Shown: positions 30,866 through 41,510 of the stretch, piece after piece
Layout of the letters: every line of letters starts with the position of its first letter
Position numbering within the stretch: the first letter of the stretch is position 1
Assembly: GCA_963764625.1 (NCBI GenBank)
Contig: CAVXTH010000005.1
Location: 352,001-416,000 of the forward strand
DNA length: 64,000 nucleotides
Direction of reading: 5' to 3'
Source of the DNA: Candidatus Krumholzibacteriota bacterium
GTDB lineage: Bacteria > Krumholzibacteriota > Krumholzibacteriia > JAJRXK01
Position numbers and translations under genes: made by a program
Notes under the pieces: generated by a model
What the model was told of the DNA's origin: nothing
Seen by the model: only the letters and a program-made list of their open reading frames with translations
Databases searched by the model: none

Positions 30866-31993
30866 TCAGGCGTACGCGCGGATGCGATAGGAATTGTCGC
30901 GGATGGCCGGCGTGAAGCCGGCGTCCAGGATCATGCCGTTCAGCTCTTCCTTGCCCAAGCGGAAGCTCACCCCGGCCTCGCTCACCACGTTCTCCTCCAT
31001 CATGGTCGAGCCCAGATCGTTGGCCCCGAAGAAGAGAGTGAGCTGGCCGATCTTCTTGCCTTGGGTGACCCAGGAAGCCTGAAAGTTGTCGATGGTGTTG
31101 AGCGCCAGGCGGGAAATCGCCAGGGTGCGCAGATAATCCTGGCTCCCCTTGAACGCGCTGACCGGCAGCTTCGCCAGCTGCTCGGGCTGCTTCTCGGTCA
31201 TCGGGGTGAAACCGGGTTGATAGCTCCAGCAGATGAACGCGGTGTAGCCACCGGTGCGGCTCTGGCTCTCGCGGATGCGTAACAGGTGCTCGACCCTCTC
31301 GGGCAGGGTCTCCACGTGCCCGAACATCATGGTGGCCGAGGTACGCATTCCCAGAGAGTGGGCTTCCTCCATGATGGCGGTCCAGCGGGAGGCGCTGACT
31401 TTGGTCGGAGCCAGGATCGCCCTCACGCGATCGTTCAAAATTTCCGCGCCGCCTCCGGGAATGCTGTCCAGCCCCGCCTCCTGCAGCTCGGCGATCACCT
31501 GCCGGGTGGGCATCTTGAAGAGCTTGCCGAAATGTTCGATCTCGCTGGGACTGAATCCGTGGATGTGGATCTCGGGGAAGTGGGACTTCAGATCGGCGAG
31601 CGTCTCCTGGTACCAGGAAAACGGCAGGTTGGGATTGTGCCCTCCCTGCAAGAGGATCTGTGAGCCGCCGATGGCCCGCAGCTCTTCGATCTTGCGATGC
31701 AATTTCTCTCTGGAGAGCACGTACGCTTCGTCGTCGTGCTTGTGGCGGTAGAAGGCGCAGAAGGTGCAGTCGACGTAGCAGACGTTGGAGTAGTTGATGT
31801 TACGGTCGATCACGTAGGTCACGTGCTCAGGGTCGCAGCGGCGCAGACGCAAGGTATGCGCGGCGCGCCCCAGCGCGTGCAACTCCGCGTCTTCGAAGAG
31901 GCAGAGGATTTCCCCTCCGGTGAGCGTTGCCCCGTCGACCGCGCTCGAGAGGATGGCATCCACGCGGGAATCGCTGCTGTAGGTCGTCGCCAT
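30866..31993 (-). CDS. mqnC: Cyclic dehypoxanthine futalosine synthase (radical SAM)
   Basis: TYVIDRNINYSNVCYVDCTFCAFYR (CxxxCxxC), LLQGGHNP, SIPGGGAEIL, QASWVTQG, GANDLGSTMMEENVV. Confidence 0.95.
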   Translation of the reverse strand: MATTYSSDSRVDAILSSAVDGATLTGGEILCLFEDAELHALGRAAHTLRLRRCDPEHVTYVIDRNINYSNVCYVDCTFCAFYRHKHDDEAYVLSREKLHRKIEELRAIGGSQILLQGGHNPNLPFSWYQETLADLKSHFPEIHIHGFSPSEIEHFGKLFKMPTRQVIAELQEAGLDSIPGGGAEILNDRVRAILAPTKVSASRWTAIMEEAHSLGMRTSATMMFGHVETLPERVEHLLRIRESQSRTGGYTAFICWSYQPGFTPMTEKQPEQLAKLPVSAFKGSQDYLRTLAISRLALNTIDNFQASWVTQGKKIGQLTLFFGANDLGSTMMEENVVSEAGVSFRLGKEELNGMILDAGFTPAIRDNSYRIRAYA

Positions 31994-32051
31994 GATCGAT
32001 GCAAGATACTCCAGGGCCGCGCGCCTGACCACACGCTCCGCCCCCAGTTTC

Positions 32052-32480
32052 TCAGGCCTGCGCTTTCTCCTTGTTCTCCAGGGCCGCCACCAGAATTTCC
32101 ATGAGATCGGTGACGGTGATCACGCCCACGAGCGTGGGTCCGTCCATCACCGGGAGCCCGGTGAATCGGTTGGACAGCATCAGCAGTGCGGCCTCGCGCA
32201 CGTCATCCTCCGGTTTGACCGTGGTGACGCTGGGCGTCATCAGGTCCTTCACGCGAACTTCCCCGTCGGAAGGACGGTGCGCTTCCGGGTTGTCGTTCAT
32301 GGCCTGTAGCGCGAGTCCTCGCAGGTCGCGATCGGCCACGATGCCCACCAAAGCTCCGTCTTCGTCCACCACTGGAAGCCGTCGGATCTGATTCTCCAAC
32401 ATTTTGCGGAAGGCCAGGACAGCCGGACAATCTTCATGCACGGTGATCACGGGATGCGACATCCAGCGCTTGACTTGCAT
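32052..32480 (-). CDS. Tandem CBS-domain protein (AcuB-like)
   Basis: IRRLPVVD...LVGIVADRDL and GLPVMDG..LVGVITVTDL. Confidence 0.9.
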   Translation of the reverse strand: MQVKRWMSHPVITVHEDCPAVLAFRKMLENQIRRLPVVDEDGALVGIVADRDLRGLALQAMNDNPEAHRPSDGEVRVKDLMTPSVTTVKPEDDVREAALLMLSNRFTGLPVMDGPTLVGVITVTDLMEILVAALENKEKAQA

Positions 32481-32692
32481 CGTCTCAGCTCCCTTCTGGT
32501 ATGGCGCGGCGAATCCGGGTGGATTCGACGCGCACTCCGCTCTTTCGATCTCAGTCTACACTGCGCCCACCCCCTTGAAAAGGAGACAGCGAATCGCTAT
32601 CCATATTTGTGGTAGGATTGAATCCGATCACTCGACAGTTCGACTCCGGACGGATTCTCGGGCTCACCCCCCCCCGCGAAGAATGAGGTTTC

Positions 32693-35423
32693 ATGAAATC
32701 CGCGCTGCTCTCGTTGAGCCTTGCTGCCGTTCTGCTGCTGAGCGCCCCCCTGACAATTCGTCACGGTGACGCGCTGGCGGCGCCCAAGTTCGATGACGCT
32801 CCCGGCAATTGGTTCCATCGCGAAGAAGCGGCGCGGAAGGCCGCCGTCCTGCATCAGATGCGGGCTCTGGCCAAGGCTCCTTCAGCGAACCAGACGAAGT
32901 ATGACGTGAACTTCTACAGCCTCGACCTCCTACTCGATCCGACGACCCCCATTCTGAGCGGTACAGTGGACATGACCGCCACCGTGGTCGACGGACCCAT
33001 TGATCAGGTCGAACTCGATCTCGATGGAGGCATGCTCGTGGGCGCGACCCGGGTGAACGGGGGTTCCACCACTTTTTCTCACGCTTCCGGTTTGCTCACC
33101 GTCGATCTCGACCAGAGCTACTCGAATGGTCAGAGCTTCGTGGTGAGCGTCGACTATTCGGGCCATCCCAATGAGAGTCTGGGAGCGTTCGGCTTCGACA
33201 CCCAAGACGGCTTCCCGATGATCTGGTCGTTGAGCGAGCCTTACGGCGCACGCACCTGGTGGCCGTGCAAGGACACTCCGTCGGACAAAGCCGACTCCGC
33301 CCGCATCAAACTCACCGTGCCGAGCGCGCTCACCGCCATCAGCAATGGGGTACTGCAGGGCACCACCACGCAAACGGTGTGGAAAACCTTCAACTGGTTC
33401 GAAAAGCACCCCATCGCCGCGTATCTCATTTCGCTCGCGGTTCATCGCTACATCGGGCACACGGCGTACTATACCTCCATGGACGGCAACACCCTCATGC
33501 CGGTGAACGCCTGGAGCTACCTGGGAAGCTCCACCTCCGCCGCGAACGCGGTAAATACCGTCGTCTCGGAGCTCGAGGCCTTTGCTCCCCTTTTCGGGGA
33601 GTACCCCTTCGTCGACGAAAAATACGACCAGGCGCAATTTCCCTGGGGCGGGGGAATGGAGCATCAGACCGCGACCAGCATCTGCTGCTTCCTCGACTGG
33701 GTGATGGCGCACGAGCTGGCCCACCAGTGGTACGGCGACGCGATCACCTGCAAGAGCTTCTCGCACATCTGGCTGAACGAAGGCTTCGCCACCTACGCCG
33801 AAGCTCTGTGGCAGGAATCGATCGGGGGCTCCATCGCCTACCACAACGAAGTCGAGGGGACGAAGTACTTCGGACCGGGCACCATCTACGTTCCGCCCGA
33901 AGAGCTCTCCGACGAGAACCGTATTTTCGACAGCTCCCTGAGCTACGACAAGGGGTCATGGGTTCTGCACATGCTGAGGGGAATGGTCGGGGACACGACC
34001 TTCTTCGACATCATGCGCGCCTGGACCGCCGACCCTGCGGTCCAGCTATGGCACCGCGACCACCGACGATTTCCAGTTGCTGGCCAGCAGTATCAGCGGA
34101 CGCAATCTCTCCAACTTCTTTCAGAACTGGATCTACGGTGAGTACTACCCCACCTACTCCTACTCGTGGGACGCGGTGGATCAGGGCGGGAGCTGGGACC
34201 TCACCGTCGACCTCGATCAACTTCAATCGCACGCGCTGTACAAGATGCCGGTTCCCCTACGTGTGACCACGACTTCGGGAGTCGAGGACTTCACGCTGGA
34301 GAACGACGCCTTCACCCAGACCTTTCACCTCACCACTTCGGCGCAGCCGATGACCGTCGCGCTCGACCCCGACGACTGGATCCTGAAGACGGTGGAAGCA
34401 AAAGTCGAGTCGCCCGGCTTCAATCGTGGAGTGTTGGTGGTGAACGGCGTGGATTGGAGCGTCTACGGAAGCACCATCACCTCCGAGTACGCCGACAGCA
34501 CGCTCTGCGGCGGCTTGCCCTTCTCGTTCTGGGATGTGTTCAGCCCGTCCAGCAGCGGATACATTCCCGAGCTCCCCACTCCTCTGGGATCGGGCAACAT
34601 TCCGCCGGATTCGCTCGGCCAGTTCTCGACCGTGATCTGGGTGGGGAACAACTTCTCGGGTGACCTCACGGTTTGGAACAACGCCGCCATTCTCAGTTAT
34701 CTGAAAGAGGGGGGAAACGTGTTGCTGCTGTGCCGCACCGGGCAGAGTTTCCTGCCTCCGCTTCGCGCCGGGTACGCGGGAATCCGATGGGCCGAATCCA
34801 GTCTGACCACCATCAACACGGCCGACGCGGTGTATCCCACCCTGGTAAACATGCCCTTGATCGGAACCCAGGATCAGAACGCCGTCTTCGAAACCACCTA
34901 CGACCAGCCGGAAGCGGTCACCCTGATCGAGGACCCGACGAGTTTTTCCGTTCCGCGGGCGATCGCCATGTGGCGCCAACCGGCCGGCGGCGGCACGCTC
35001 CGGCACAGCGGTGGCAACTTCGCGCACATCGCAGGAAGGCCCTACTACTGGAGCCATCCCGAGCTCAAGACCAACATCAACGCGATTCTCACCGGAATCT
35101 TCGGAGAGGACGGAGTGGTCACCTCCACTCCCTCGGTCGCCCGGCGCGCGTTGGTTCTCCACGAGCCGGTGCCCAATCCTTTCAACCCAAGGGTGACGCT
35201 CCGCTACGAACTGGCGCAGAGCGGGCCGGCCAAGCTCTCCATCTACGATCTGAGGGGAAGACTGGTGCGCGTGCTGCTCAACAAGAACCTGCCGCCCGGA
35301 TCCGGAAGCGCGCAGTGGGATGGGAAGGACGGCTCGGGTCATACTGCCGCTTCGGGCGTCTACTCCGTCGTGTTGGAAGCGGGAGGACAGCACCGCAGCC
35401 AGAAGGCGACTCTGATCCGCTGA
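32693..35423 (+). CDS. Secreted M1 family metallo-aminopeptidase with C-terminal FlgD-Ig tail; frameshift ~34043
   Basis: EPYGARTWWPCKD, GGMEH, HELAHQW...WLNEGFA, YDKGSWVLHMLR. Removing one C at ~34043 joins it to ORF 34077..35423, which ends PNPFNP...WDGKD...KATLIR. Confidence 0.92.
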
Positions 35424-35457
35424 AGTCCGAGCTCGCTTCGACCCGTGCGATGCGCCT

Positions 35458-35481
35458 TTGCCTGAATGCTTGCCTGAATGC
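35458..35481 (+). repeat. 12-bp tandem direct repeat upstream of the xdh operon
   Basis: TTGCCTGAATGC x2. Confidence 0.6.
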
Positions 35482-35522
35482 CCGGACCGTCGCATCCTGC
35501 CAAGAGGCAGGAGGATGAAATC

Positions 35523-37814
35523 GTGGCCGAACACCGCTCGCTCTTGGGAACTTCACCGCTTCGCCGCGATGGCGAGGGCAAGGCCTCGGGCCGCCTTCGC
35601 TATCTCGATGACCTGCCGGATCAGGGGGTCTGGCACGGCGTGACCGTGCGCAGCCCGCATGCTCACGCCCGGATCGTCTCCCTCTCGTTCGACGCAAAGT
35701 TGGCGCCGCCCGGAGCGGTGTTCGTGCAGACGAGCGACATCCCCGGAGCGAACGGACTCCAGATTCTCGACGACGCCTGGCCCATTTTGGCCGAACGCGA
35801 AGTCAATCACGTGGGCGAGGCGGTGGCGTTGGTGGCGGCGTCCTCGCGCGAAGCGGCGTTGCACGCGGCGCGTGCGGTAAAAGTCGAGTACGAACCGCTC
35901 GATCCCGTGTTGGGCTTTGAAGGCGGCGACTCGGTCGACCCCCTGTATACGCTCTCTTTGGTGGAGGGCGAGTGCGACAAAATTCTCGCCGCGGCGAAGG
36001 ACGACGATCTGGTTCTGATCGAGGGCGAGTACTTCAGCGGACACCAGGAACACATCTACATCGAGTGCCAGGGGATGCTGGCGCGCTGGGAGAAAGACGG
36101 CACCCTGTTCATCACCGGTTCGCTGCAGTGTCCTTACTATGTGAAGACCGCCCTGCAGCACGTCTTCTCCCTGAAACCGGATCAGCTTCGGGTGGCCGGC
36201 CGGGCCATGGGCGGAGGGTTCGGCGGCAAGGAGGACTATCCCAGCCTGATCGCGGCGCACACCGCGTTGCTGGCGCGCGCCGCGGGGCGACCGGTCAAGA
36301 TCGTCTACGACCGAAACGAGGACATCGTGGCGACGACGAAGCGCCACCCCTCGCGCACGCGCATCAAGAGCGCGGTGAAACGCGACGGAACTCTGGTGGC
36401 CGCCAGGGTCGACTTCGATCTGGACGGCGGCGCCTATCTGGGACTCTCGCCGGTGGTGCTCTCTCGCGGATTGCTGCACGCGACCGGCGCCTACCGCCTT
36501 CCCCACGCGCACGTCGAGGGACGGGTTCTGCGCACCAACACCACTCCCACCGGAGCCTTCCGGGGCTTTGGCGCGCCTCAATCCGAATTCGCGTGGGAAC
36601 GACACATGGATCGCATCGCACGCACCCTTGGCATCGACCCCCTGACGCTGCGGCGCCGCAACATACTGCGTCCCGGGGATCCCCTGCCCACCGGCCAGGT
36701 CATGGACAACTCGTGCAGCGCCGCGGAAGTGTTGGACCGCGTCGAGACACTCACCGGTTTCCTGAAGCGCTGGCGGCAGCTCGAAGCCGAAAAGGCACAC
36801 ACCGTTCCTTTCGGACCCGGCACGAAGGCGCCGCTGCGGGGAATCGGTTTGAGTCTGTCGTTTCACGGCGCGGGCTTCACCGGCCTGGGCGAGCACAAGA
36901 TGCGCTCTCCGGTTACGGCCCGTCTTACACCGGAGGGCCAGGTCGAACTTCTCACCGCGGCCACCGAGATGGGACAGGGCGCCATTTCCACTCTGTCCTT
37001 GCTCGCGGCGGAAGAGACGGGCCTCGAGCTCGCCGACGTCCTCATGGCCGAGCCCGACACCGGCGTGGTGCCCGACTCCGGGCCCACCGTGGCCTCCCGC
37101 ACCAGCATGATCGTGGGCGGTACCGGAGCCAAGGCCGCCCGTGGACTGGTCGATCGTGTGCTCGCGTGGAAGCAGCAGCAGCTCGGCGAGAAGTCACTAC
37201 GCCTCGAGTCGAGCACCGTCGTGGGAAGCAAGGGCAAGGTGGGAAACTTCTGCGGGATCGCGCGCGAGTACACCGAAGCGGGAAACGAGACCGAATTCAC
37301 CGCGCGCAACGAACCGCCCGCGTGGCAGGAGTTTGACGACGAGACCTATCACGGCTCGGCCTATCCCACCTATTCCTACTCGGCGCAGGTCATCGAAGTG
37401 GAGGTCGATCCGGACACGCTCGAGGTGAGTGCCAGGAAGGCCACCGTGGTGAGCGAGGTCGGCAAGGTGCTGCACGAAGTACAGTGCCGCGGGCAGATCG
37501 AAGGCGGCGTCTTGCAGGCGATCGGTTGGGCCCTTCTGGAGGAGATGAAGTTCGACAATGGGCGCATTCTCAACGACCGCATGGCCACCTACATCGTTCC
37601 CACCATCCTCGACGCACCCGAGATGCAAGTCGAAATGATGGAGAGGCCCTGGAACGGCCCGCCCTTCGGAGCCAAAGGAGTGGGTGAGTTGCCGATGGAT
37701 GGCCCCGCACCGGCGGTGTGCGCCGCGATCGAGAACGCAACCGGGATCGTGGCCGATTCCATTCCCGCGGTTCCCGAACGACTGCTGGCTTGGATGGAGG
37801 CGAGCGAACGATGA
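35523..37814 (+). CDS. Xanthine dehydrogenase family molybdopterin-binding subunit
   Basis: GGAGG RBS and GTG start; QEHIYIE, MGGGFGGKE, AFRGFGAPQ, EMGQG, DSGPTVASR, GQIEGG, GAKGVGE. Confidence 0.95.
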   Translation: MAEHRSLLGTSPLRRDGEGKASGRLRYLDDLPDQGVWHGVTVRSPHAHARIVSLSFDAKLAPPGAVFVQTSDIPGANGLQILDDAWPILAEREVNHVGEAVALVAASSREAALHAARAVKVEYEPLDPVLGFEGGDSVDPLYTLSLVEGECDKILAAAKDDDLVLIEGEYFSGHQEHIYIECQGMLARWEKDGTLFITGSLQCPYYVKTALQHVFSLKPDQLRVAGRAMGGGFGGKEDYPSLIAAHTALLARAAGRPVKIVYDRNEDIVATTKRHPSRTRIKSAVKRDGTLVAARVDFDLDGGAYLGLSPVVLSRGLLHATGAYRLPHAHVEGRVLRTNTTPTGAFRGFGAPQSEFAWERHMDRIARTLGIDPLTLRRRNILRPGDPLPTGQVMDNSCSAAEVLDRVETLTGFLKRWRQLEAEKAHTVPFGPGTKAPLRGIGLSLSFHGAGFTGLGEHKMRSPVTARLTPEGQVELLTAATEMGQGAISTLSLLAAEETGLELADVLMAEPDTGVVPDSGPTVASRTSMIVGGTGAKAARGLVDRVLAWKQQQLGEKSLRLESSTVVGSKGKVGNFCGIAREYTEAGNETEFTARNEPPAWQEFDDETYHGSAYPTYSYSAQVIEVEVDPDTLEVSARKATVVSEVGKVLHEVQCRGQIEGGVLQAIGWALLEEMKFDNGRILNDRMATYIVPTILDAPEMQVEMMERPWNGPPFGAKGVGELPMDGPAPAVCAAIENATGIVADSIPAVPERLLAWMEASER

Positions 37815-38320
37815 AAGTCCGCTTCACCCTCAACGGCAAGAGAGTGGGGGCCGAGGGAAATCCCACCGATCGTCTGCTCGATGTGGTGCGCCGCGAATTC
37901 TCACTGACCGGCACCAAGGAGGGTTGCGGGGAAGGAGAATGCGGTGCGTGCACGGTTTTGCTCGACGGAGAGCCCGTGCTCTCGTGCTTGACTCCTCTGA
38001 TGCAGGTGGATGGTCGCGAGGTGGTCACGGCGGAAGCGCTCGCCCAATCCGCCAAGGGCCGCGCCTATCTCGAGCGCTTCGTGCAAGAAGGGGGTGCGCA
38101 GTGCGGCGCCTGCACTCCGGGCATCGTTCTCACTGCCGCGCAACTTCTGGAGACCTCCGGGTCCAACTCGCGCGAGACGATCGCGCAGGCTCTGGCCGGC
38201 AACATCTGCCGCTGCACCGGCTACGAGGCGATTCTGCGCGCGCTGCAGGAGGAGCCGGAAGCGGTGCTCGGTCCTTGGGACGACGACGCCCAGACGACCG
38301 CAACGGGGAAGAAGTCATGA
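37811..38320 (+). CDS. Xanthine dehydrogenase family [2Fe-2S] subunit
   Basis: GTKEGCGEGECGACTV...SC and QCGACTPG...NICRCTGY; ATGA overlap with the upstream gene. Confidence 0.95.
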   Translation: MKVRFTLNGKRVGAEGNPTDRLLDVVRREFSLTGTKEGCGEGECGACTVLLDGEPVLSCLTPLMQVDGREVVTAEALAQSAKGRAYLERFVQEGGAQCGACTPGIVLTAAQLLETSGSNSRETIAQALAGNICRCTGYEAILRALQEEPEAVLGPWDDDAQTTATGKKS

Positions 38321-39270
38321 GCGAAGTGTTCTCCCCCACCAGCTTGAAGAGCGCGCTCGAACGTCTGCAGGAGGATCCCACCCTCACGCCCTTGGCCGGG
38401 TGCACCGACTGGATGGTGCGCGGCGCAGTTGAACGTCTGGAGCAGGTTGGCGTGCTCGATCTCTTGCGCATCGAGGAATTACGGGGAATTCGCGAGCTCG
38501 GCGAGGGCGAAGAGTTGCACGGCGCGCCGGGTTCCGCGCCCAGCGCTGCGTCAGGAGCCTTGTCTGCGCCCAAGTCCACAACTGCCGCCGCTACGACGGG
38601 CTTTAAGGGCCTGCGCATCGGCGCCACCACGAGCTTCTCCCAGATTCGTGAACATCCTCTGGTTCGTGAGCACTATCCCATCCTCGCCGAAGCCGCGGCC
38701 CAGATCGGCGGGCGCCAAATCCAGAATCGCGCCACGGTGGGCGGCAACATGGTCAACGCCTCGCCCGCCGGCGACAGCCTGCCGGTGCTCTTGGCCTTCA
38801 ACGCCGAGGTGGAGATCGCGGGACTGAAGGGTACGCGCCGAGTCGTCTACGACTCCTTCTATACCGGTTACCGTACGACCGTGCTGAAGCCCGGTGAGTT
38901 GTTGAGCGCGGTTCTGCTGCCGCCGGTCCCGTCCCATCAGCGCTTCAAGAAGGTGGGCACGCGACGCGCGCAGGCGATTTCCAAGGTGGTCTTGGCACTG
39001 TGCGCGGAGCGCGGCCCAATTCCCGACGCGACGGACGGTGGAGAAGGATGGTCGCAAGTGCGCATCGCGGCCGGCAGCGTGGCCCCCACTCCGGTGCGGC
39101 TGCGCAAGGCCGAAGCAGCGTGTGAAGGAGCGCCGGTGGGAATCGACACGGCCATGGAGGCAGCAAACGCGGCGTGCTCGGAGGTCACTCCCATCGACGA
39201 CATCCGCAGCACCGCGCACTACCGGCTCTTCGCCCTGGGCCGGGTGTTGCGGCGAATGTTGAACGGGTAG
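38317..39270 (+). CDS. Xanthine dehydrogenase family FAD-binding subunit
   Basis: LAGCTDW, QIQNRATVGGNMVNASPAGD, RRAQAISKV, PIDDIRSTAHYR; ATGA overlap with the upstream gene. Confidence 0.95.
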   Translation: MSEVFSPTSLKSALERLQEDPTLTPLAGCTDWMVRGAVERLEQVGVLDLLRIEELRGIRELGEGEELHGAPGSAPSAASGALSAPKSTTAAATTGFKGLRIGATTSFSQIREHPLVREHYPILAEAAAQIGGRQIQNRATVGGNMVNASPAGDSLPVLLAFNAEVEIAGLKGTRRVVYDSFYTGYRTTVLKPGELLSAVLLPPVPSHQRFKKVGTRRAQAISKVVLALCAERGPIPDATDGGEGWSQVRIAAGSVAPTPVRLRKAEAACEGAPVGIDTAMEAANAACSEVTPIDDIRSTAHYRLFALGRVLRRMLNG

Positions 39271-39315
39271 ACGCGATCGATTTCCCTAAGTGATTCCATA
39301 TCCAACGACTTTAGT

Positions 39316-39333
39316 TTTATAGCCGGCTATAAA
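39316..39333. promoter_or_regulatory. Perfect 18-bp palindrome (operator-like)
   Basis: TTTATAGCCGGCTATAAA in an AT-rich intergenic patch. Confidence 0.5.
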
Positions 39334-39517
39334 TTTACGAAGCGCGAGGAATCCGTGAGAAATAAATCGTCATCTTTGGCGAGTTCACTGGAATCCAACG
39401 CGGCGCGCGCTGGGTACCGGGTAGACGACTCCAGCTGTGGAGCCGGGTCCACAACTGGTCGAAACGAAACAGCTCTCAGCCACGGCGAAGACGACTTCAA
39501 GGGACGGGGCCGGACAC

Positions 39518-40759
39518 ATGCTGGGATGGTTTGAGCGTATCGTGAAAGCACTGCTTTCAAGCAGACGATCTTCCTTCGGGTCCGATTTCGGAGCTTCTTT
39601 GTCCCTCGTTCTTCTCTTCGCCTTGGCCGCGGCTCTGAACCTCGTCGATTCCCCCACCGCTCTCGCCACGACCTGGCACGTGGAGAAGGACGGCAGCGGG
39701 GAGTTCACGGTCATTCAGGATGCGCTGAATTCGTGTACATCAGGAGATACGGTACTCGTGGGCCCAGGGCAGTACACGGAGCACGCTCCGTTCGACTTTG
39801 GAGCGCTGATCGAAGATACTTACGTAGTGGTGGACACCCCCAATGTCACGCTCCGCGGGACGGACAGGGATGCAGTGATCATTGGGCCGGAGGTCTATAC
39901 GAGGATTAATTCGAATGAGCCAAACGGCATTGCGACCTCAGGTCAAGCGAGTGGGCTGAAACTGGAAAACCTGACTGTGGAGAATGTCGTCGAGGGAATC
40001 ACATTCCTTGTACAGGCTAACGCCACAGACTGTGTCATTCGGGATTGTGACGGTGGATTCATCATCATCACAGATACGAATCACACCTTTACTCGATGCG
40101 AAGTGTACGACAGTCCGGACTGGAGCATGGCCTGCTATCTACAGAATACCCGAGTGGAACTCAATGACTGTCATTTTGTGGCCTATGTGCCGTTTCCAGG
40201 GGCAATCTCACCAGGTGGTGTCAATATCTCAGCCGCGCACAATGTTCTGGTCACGGACTGCGATTTCGCTGGAGACACCTACCTGCAGTTTCAATTCGGC
40301 TCGGATGGCACAATCCAGAACAACACCTTCGACGCCGGCAAGATTAACGTGTTGGAGTCCAGTGCTGACCTTGTAGGTAATGTCATCGGACCTAGCCCCG
40401 TAGTGAATCTCCAGTTCACCGGAATCGCGCTGACTGCCACGAAAAACATCTTCCGTGGAGCGGACGATGCTACACTATTCTTGAGTGGAAACTCCGTGGA
40501 GATGCATGAAAACCACATTCTGAATAGCGGGGGGTACACGGTGAAGATCAACTTCTACGACAGTCCCAACCACACCCTGGACCTGACGAACAACTGGTGG
40601 GGTACTGCAGATTCCACTCAGATTGCGACGTGGATTCGAGACGTACACGACGACCCATACTTCAACATCGAGGTGAAGTTCGTGCCGTTCGCGGATCAGC
40701 CGCTGCCAGCTCGCTCCACCAGCTTCGGCCAACTGAAGGCGGGGTTCGGCGGGCACTAG
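39518..40759 (+). CDS. Secreted right-handed parallel beta-helix (pectin-lyase-like) protein with C-terminal 'STSFGQLKAGF' motif
   Basis: Hydrophobic signal; TWHVEKDGSGEFTVIQDAL...GDTVLVGPGQY cap; Asn/Cys-ladder coils; DLTNNWWG. Start uncertain (39518 or 39542). Confidence 0.82.
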   Translation: MLGWFERIVKALLSSRRSSFGSDFGASLSLVLLFALAAALNLVDSPTALATTWHVEKDGSGEFTVIQDALNSCTSGDTVLVGPGQYTEHAPFDFGALIEDTYVVVDTPNVTLRGTDRDAVIIGPEVYTRINSNEPNGIATSGQASGLKLENLTVENVVEGITFLVQANATDCVIRDCDGGFIIITDTNHTFTRCEVYDSPDWSMACYLQNTRVELNDCHFVAYVPFPGAISPGGVNISAAHNVLVTDCDFAGDTYLQFQFGSDGTIQNNTFDAGKINVLESSADLVGNVIGPSPVVNLQFTGIALTATKNIFRGADDATLFLSGNSVEMHENHILNSGGYTVKINFYDSPNHTLDLTNNWWGTADSTQIATWIRDVHDDPYFNIEVKFVPFADQPLPARSTSFGQLKAGFGGH

Positions 40760-40882
40760 CTCGAGCCGCGGCGTGCGCCAACTCGTTCGTACGGCCGCGC
40801 AGGTTTCTACCCAACCATCAAAGTCCCTTGGAAGACTGATGTAGCCGGGTAGACAAGTCCGCGCCCAATCCGCGGCGCATGC

Positions 40883-41266
40883 TCACTGATGCACGTTCGC
40901 CATGGCCCGCGACCACGCCTGCGACAGCACCGGATACTTCGCGAGCTTCATCATCTGGGGCATCGCCTCCTTCTGAAACTCCTGCTGCTCCGTGCCCATA
41001 TTCTGGCTGATCTTCTGCAGTTCTTCGTGGCTGGGGCGCGGGAGCTTGGCGATCTGCTTGGAAAGCTCGGTGAGCTGGGTGCCCAGGTCTTCGATCTTGC
41101 TCGCGGCCTTGTTGGCGGACGCTTCGTCTTCGACCGTCTCGAGCACGCTGACCATCTCTTTCATGATCTTGGCCTGCGCCCTGGCTCCGTCCTCGTACGA
41201 GCGGATGCCTCCACCGCACGCACACACGAGCACCATCACTGCGGACAGGAATGCCAACTTGAACAT
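40883..41266 (-). CDS. Small helical lipoprotein, function unknown
   Basis: GGGAGG RBS; MFKLAFLSAVMVLVCA-C lipobox; amphipathic helices. Confidence 0.75.
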   Translation of the reverse strand: MFKLAFLSAVMVLVCACGGGIRSYEDGARAQAKIMKEMVSVLETVEDEASANKAASKIEDLGTQLTELSKQIAKLPRPSHEELQKISQNMGTEQQEFQKEAMPQMMKLAKYPVLSQAWSRAMANVHQ

Positions 41267-41510
41267 TTGGGACCTCCCCACGGGGAATGCGGGAAGTCTA
41301 CCGGACCCCCATCACGGAGGGCAACCGCCCGGAGCGCGGCATCGACCCAAGGGGTTCAACCGCGTCATTGCTGCGCCAGCGCGAGGATCGAAGCCCAACT
41401 CGGTGAGATTTGCTCGCACGCCCTCGACGCCACCGCCAAAGCGTCCTAGAATAGTGCATTAGACCCTCGACTCCATCTTCTTGAACTTCCCCCCTACAGG
41501 AGCACCCGTT

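Noticed and set aside
40760-40860. Integron attC site after the beta-helix gene
   Set aside because: An ACCCAAC is present, but there is no matching GTTRRRY box, no extended inverted repeat and no integrase.
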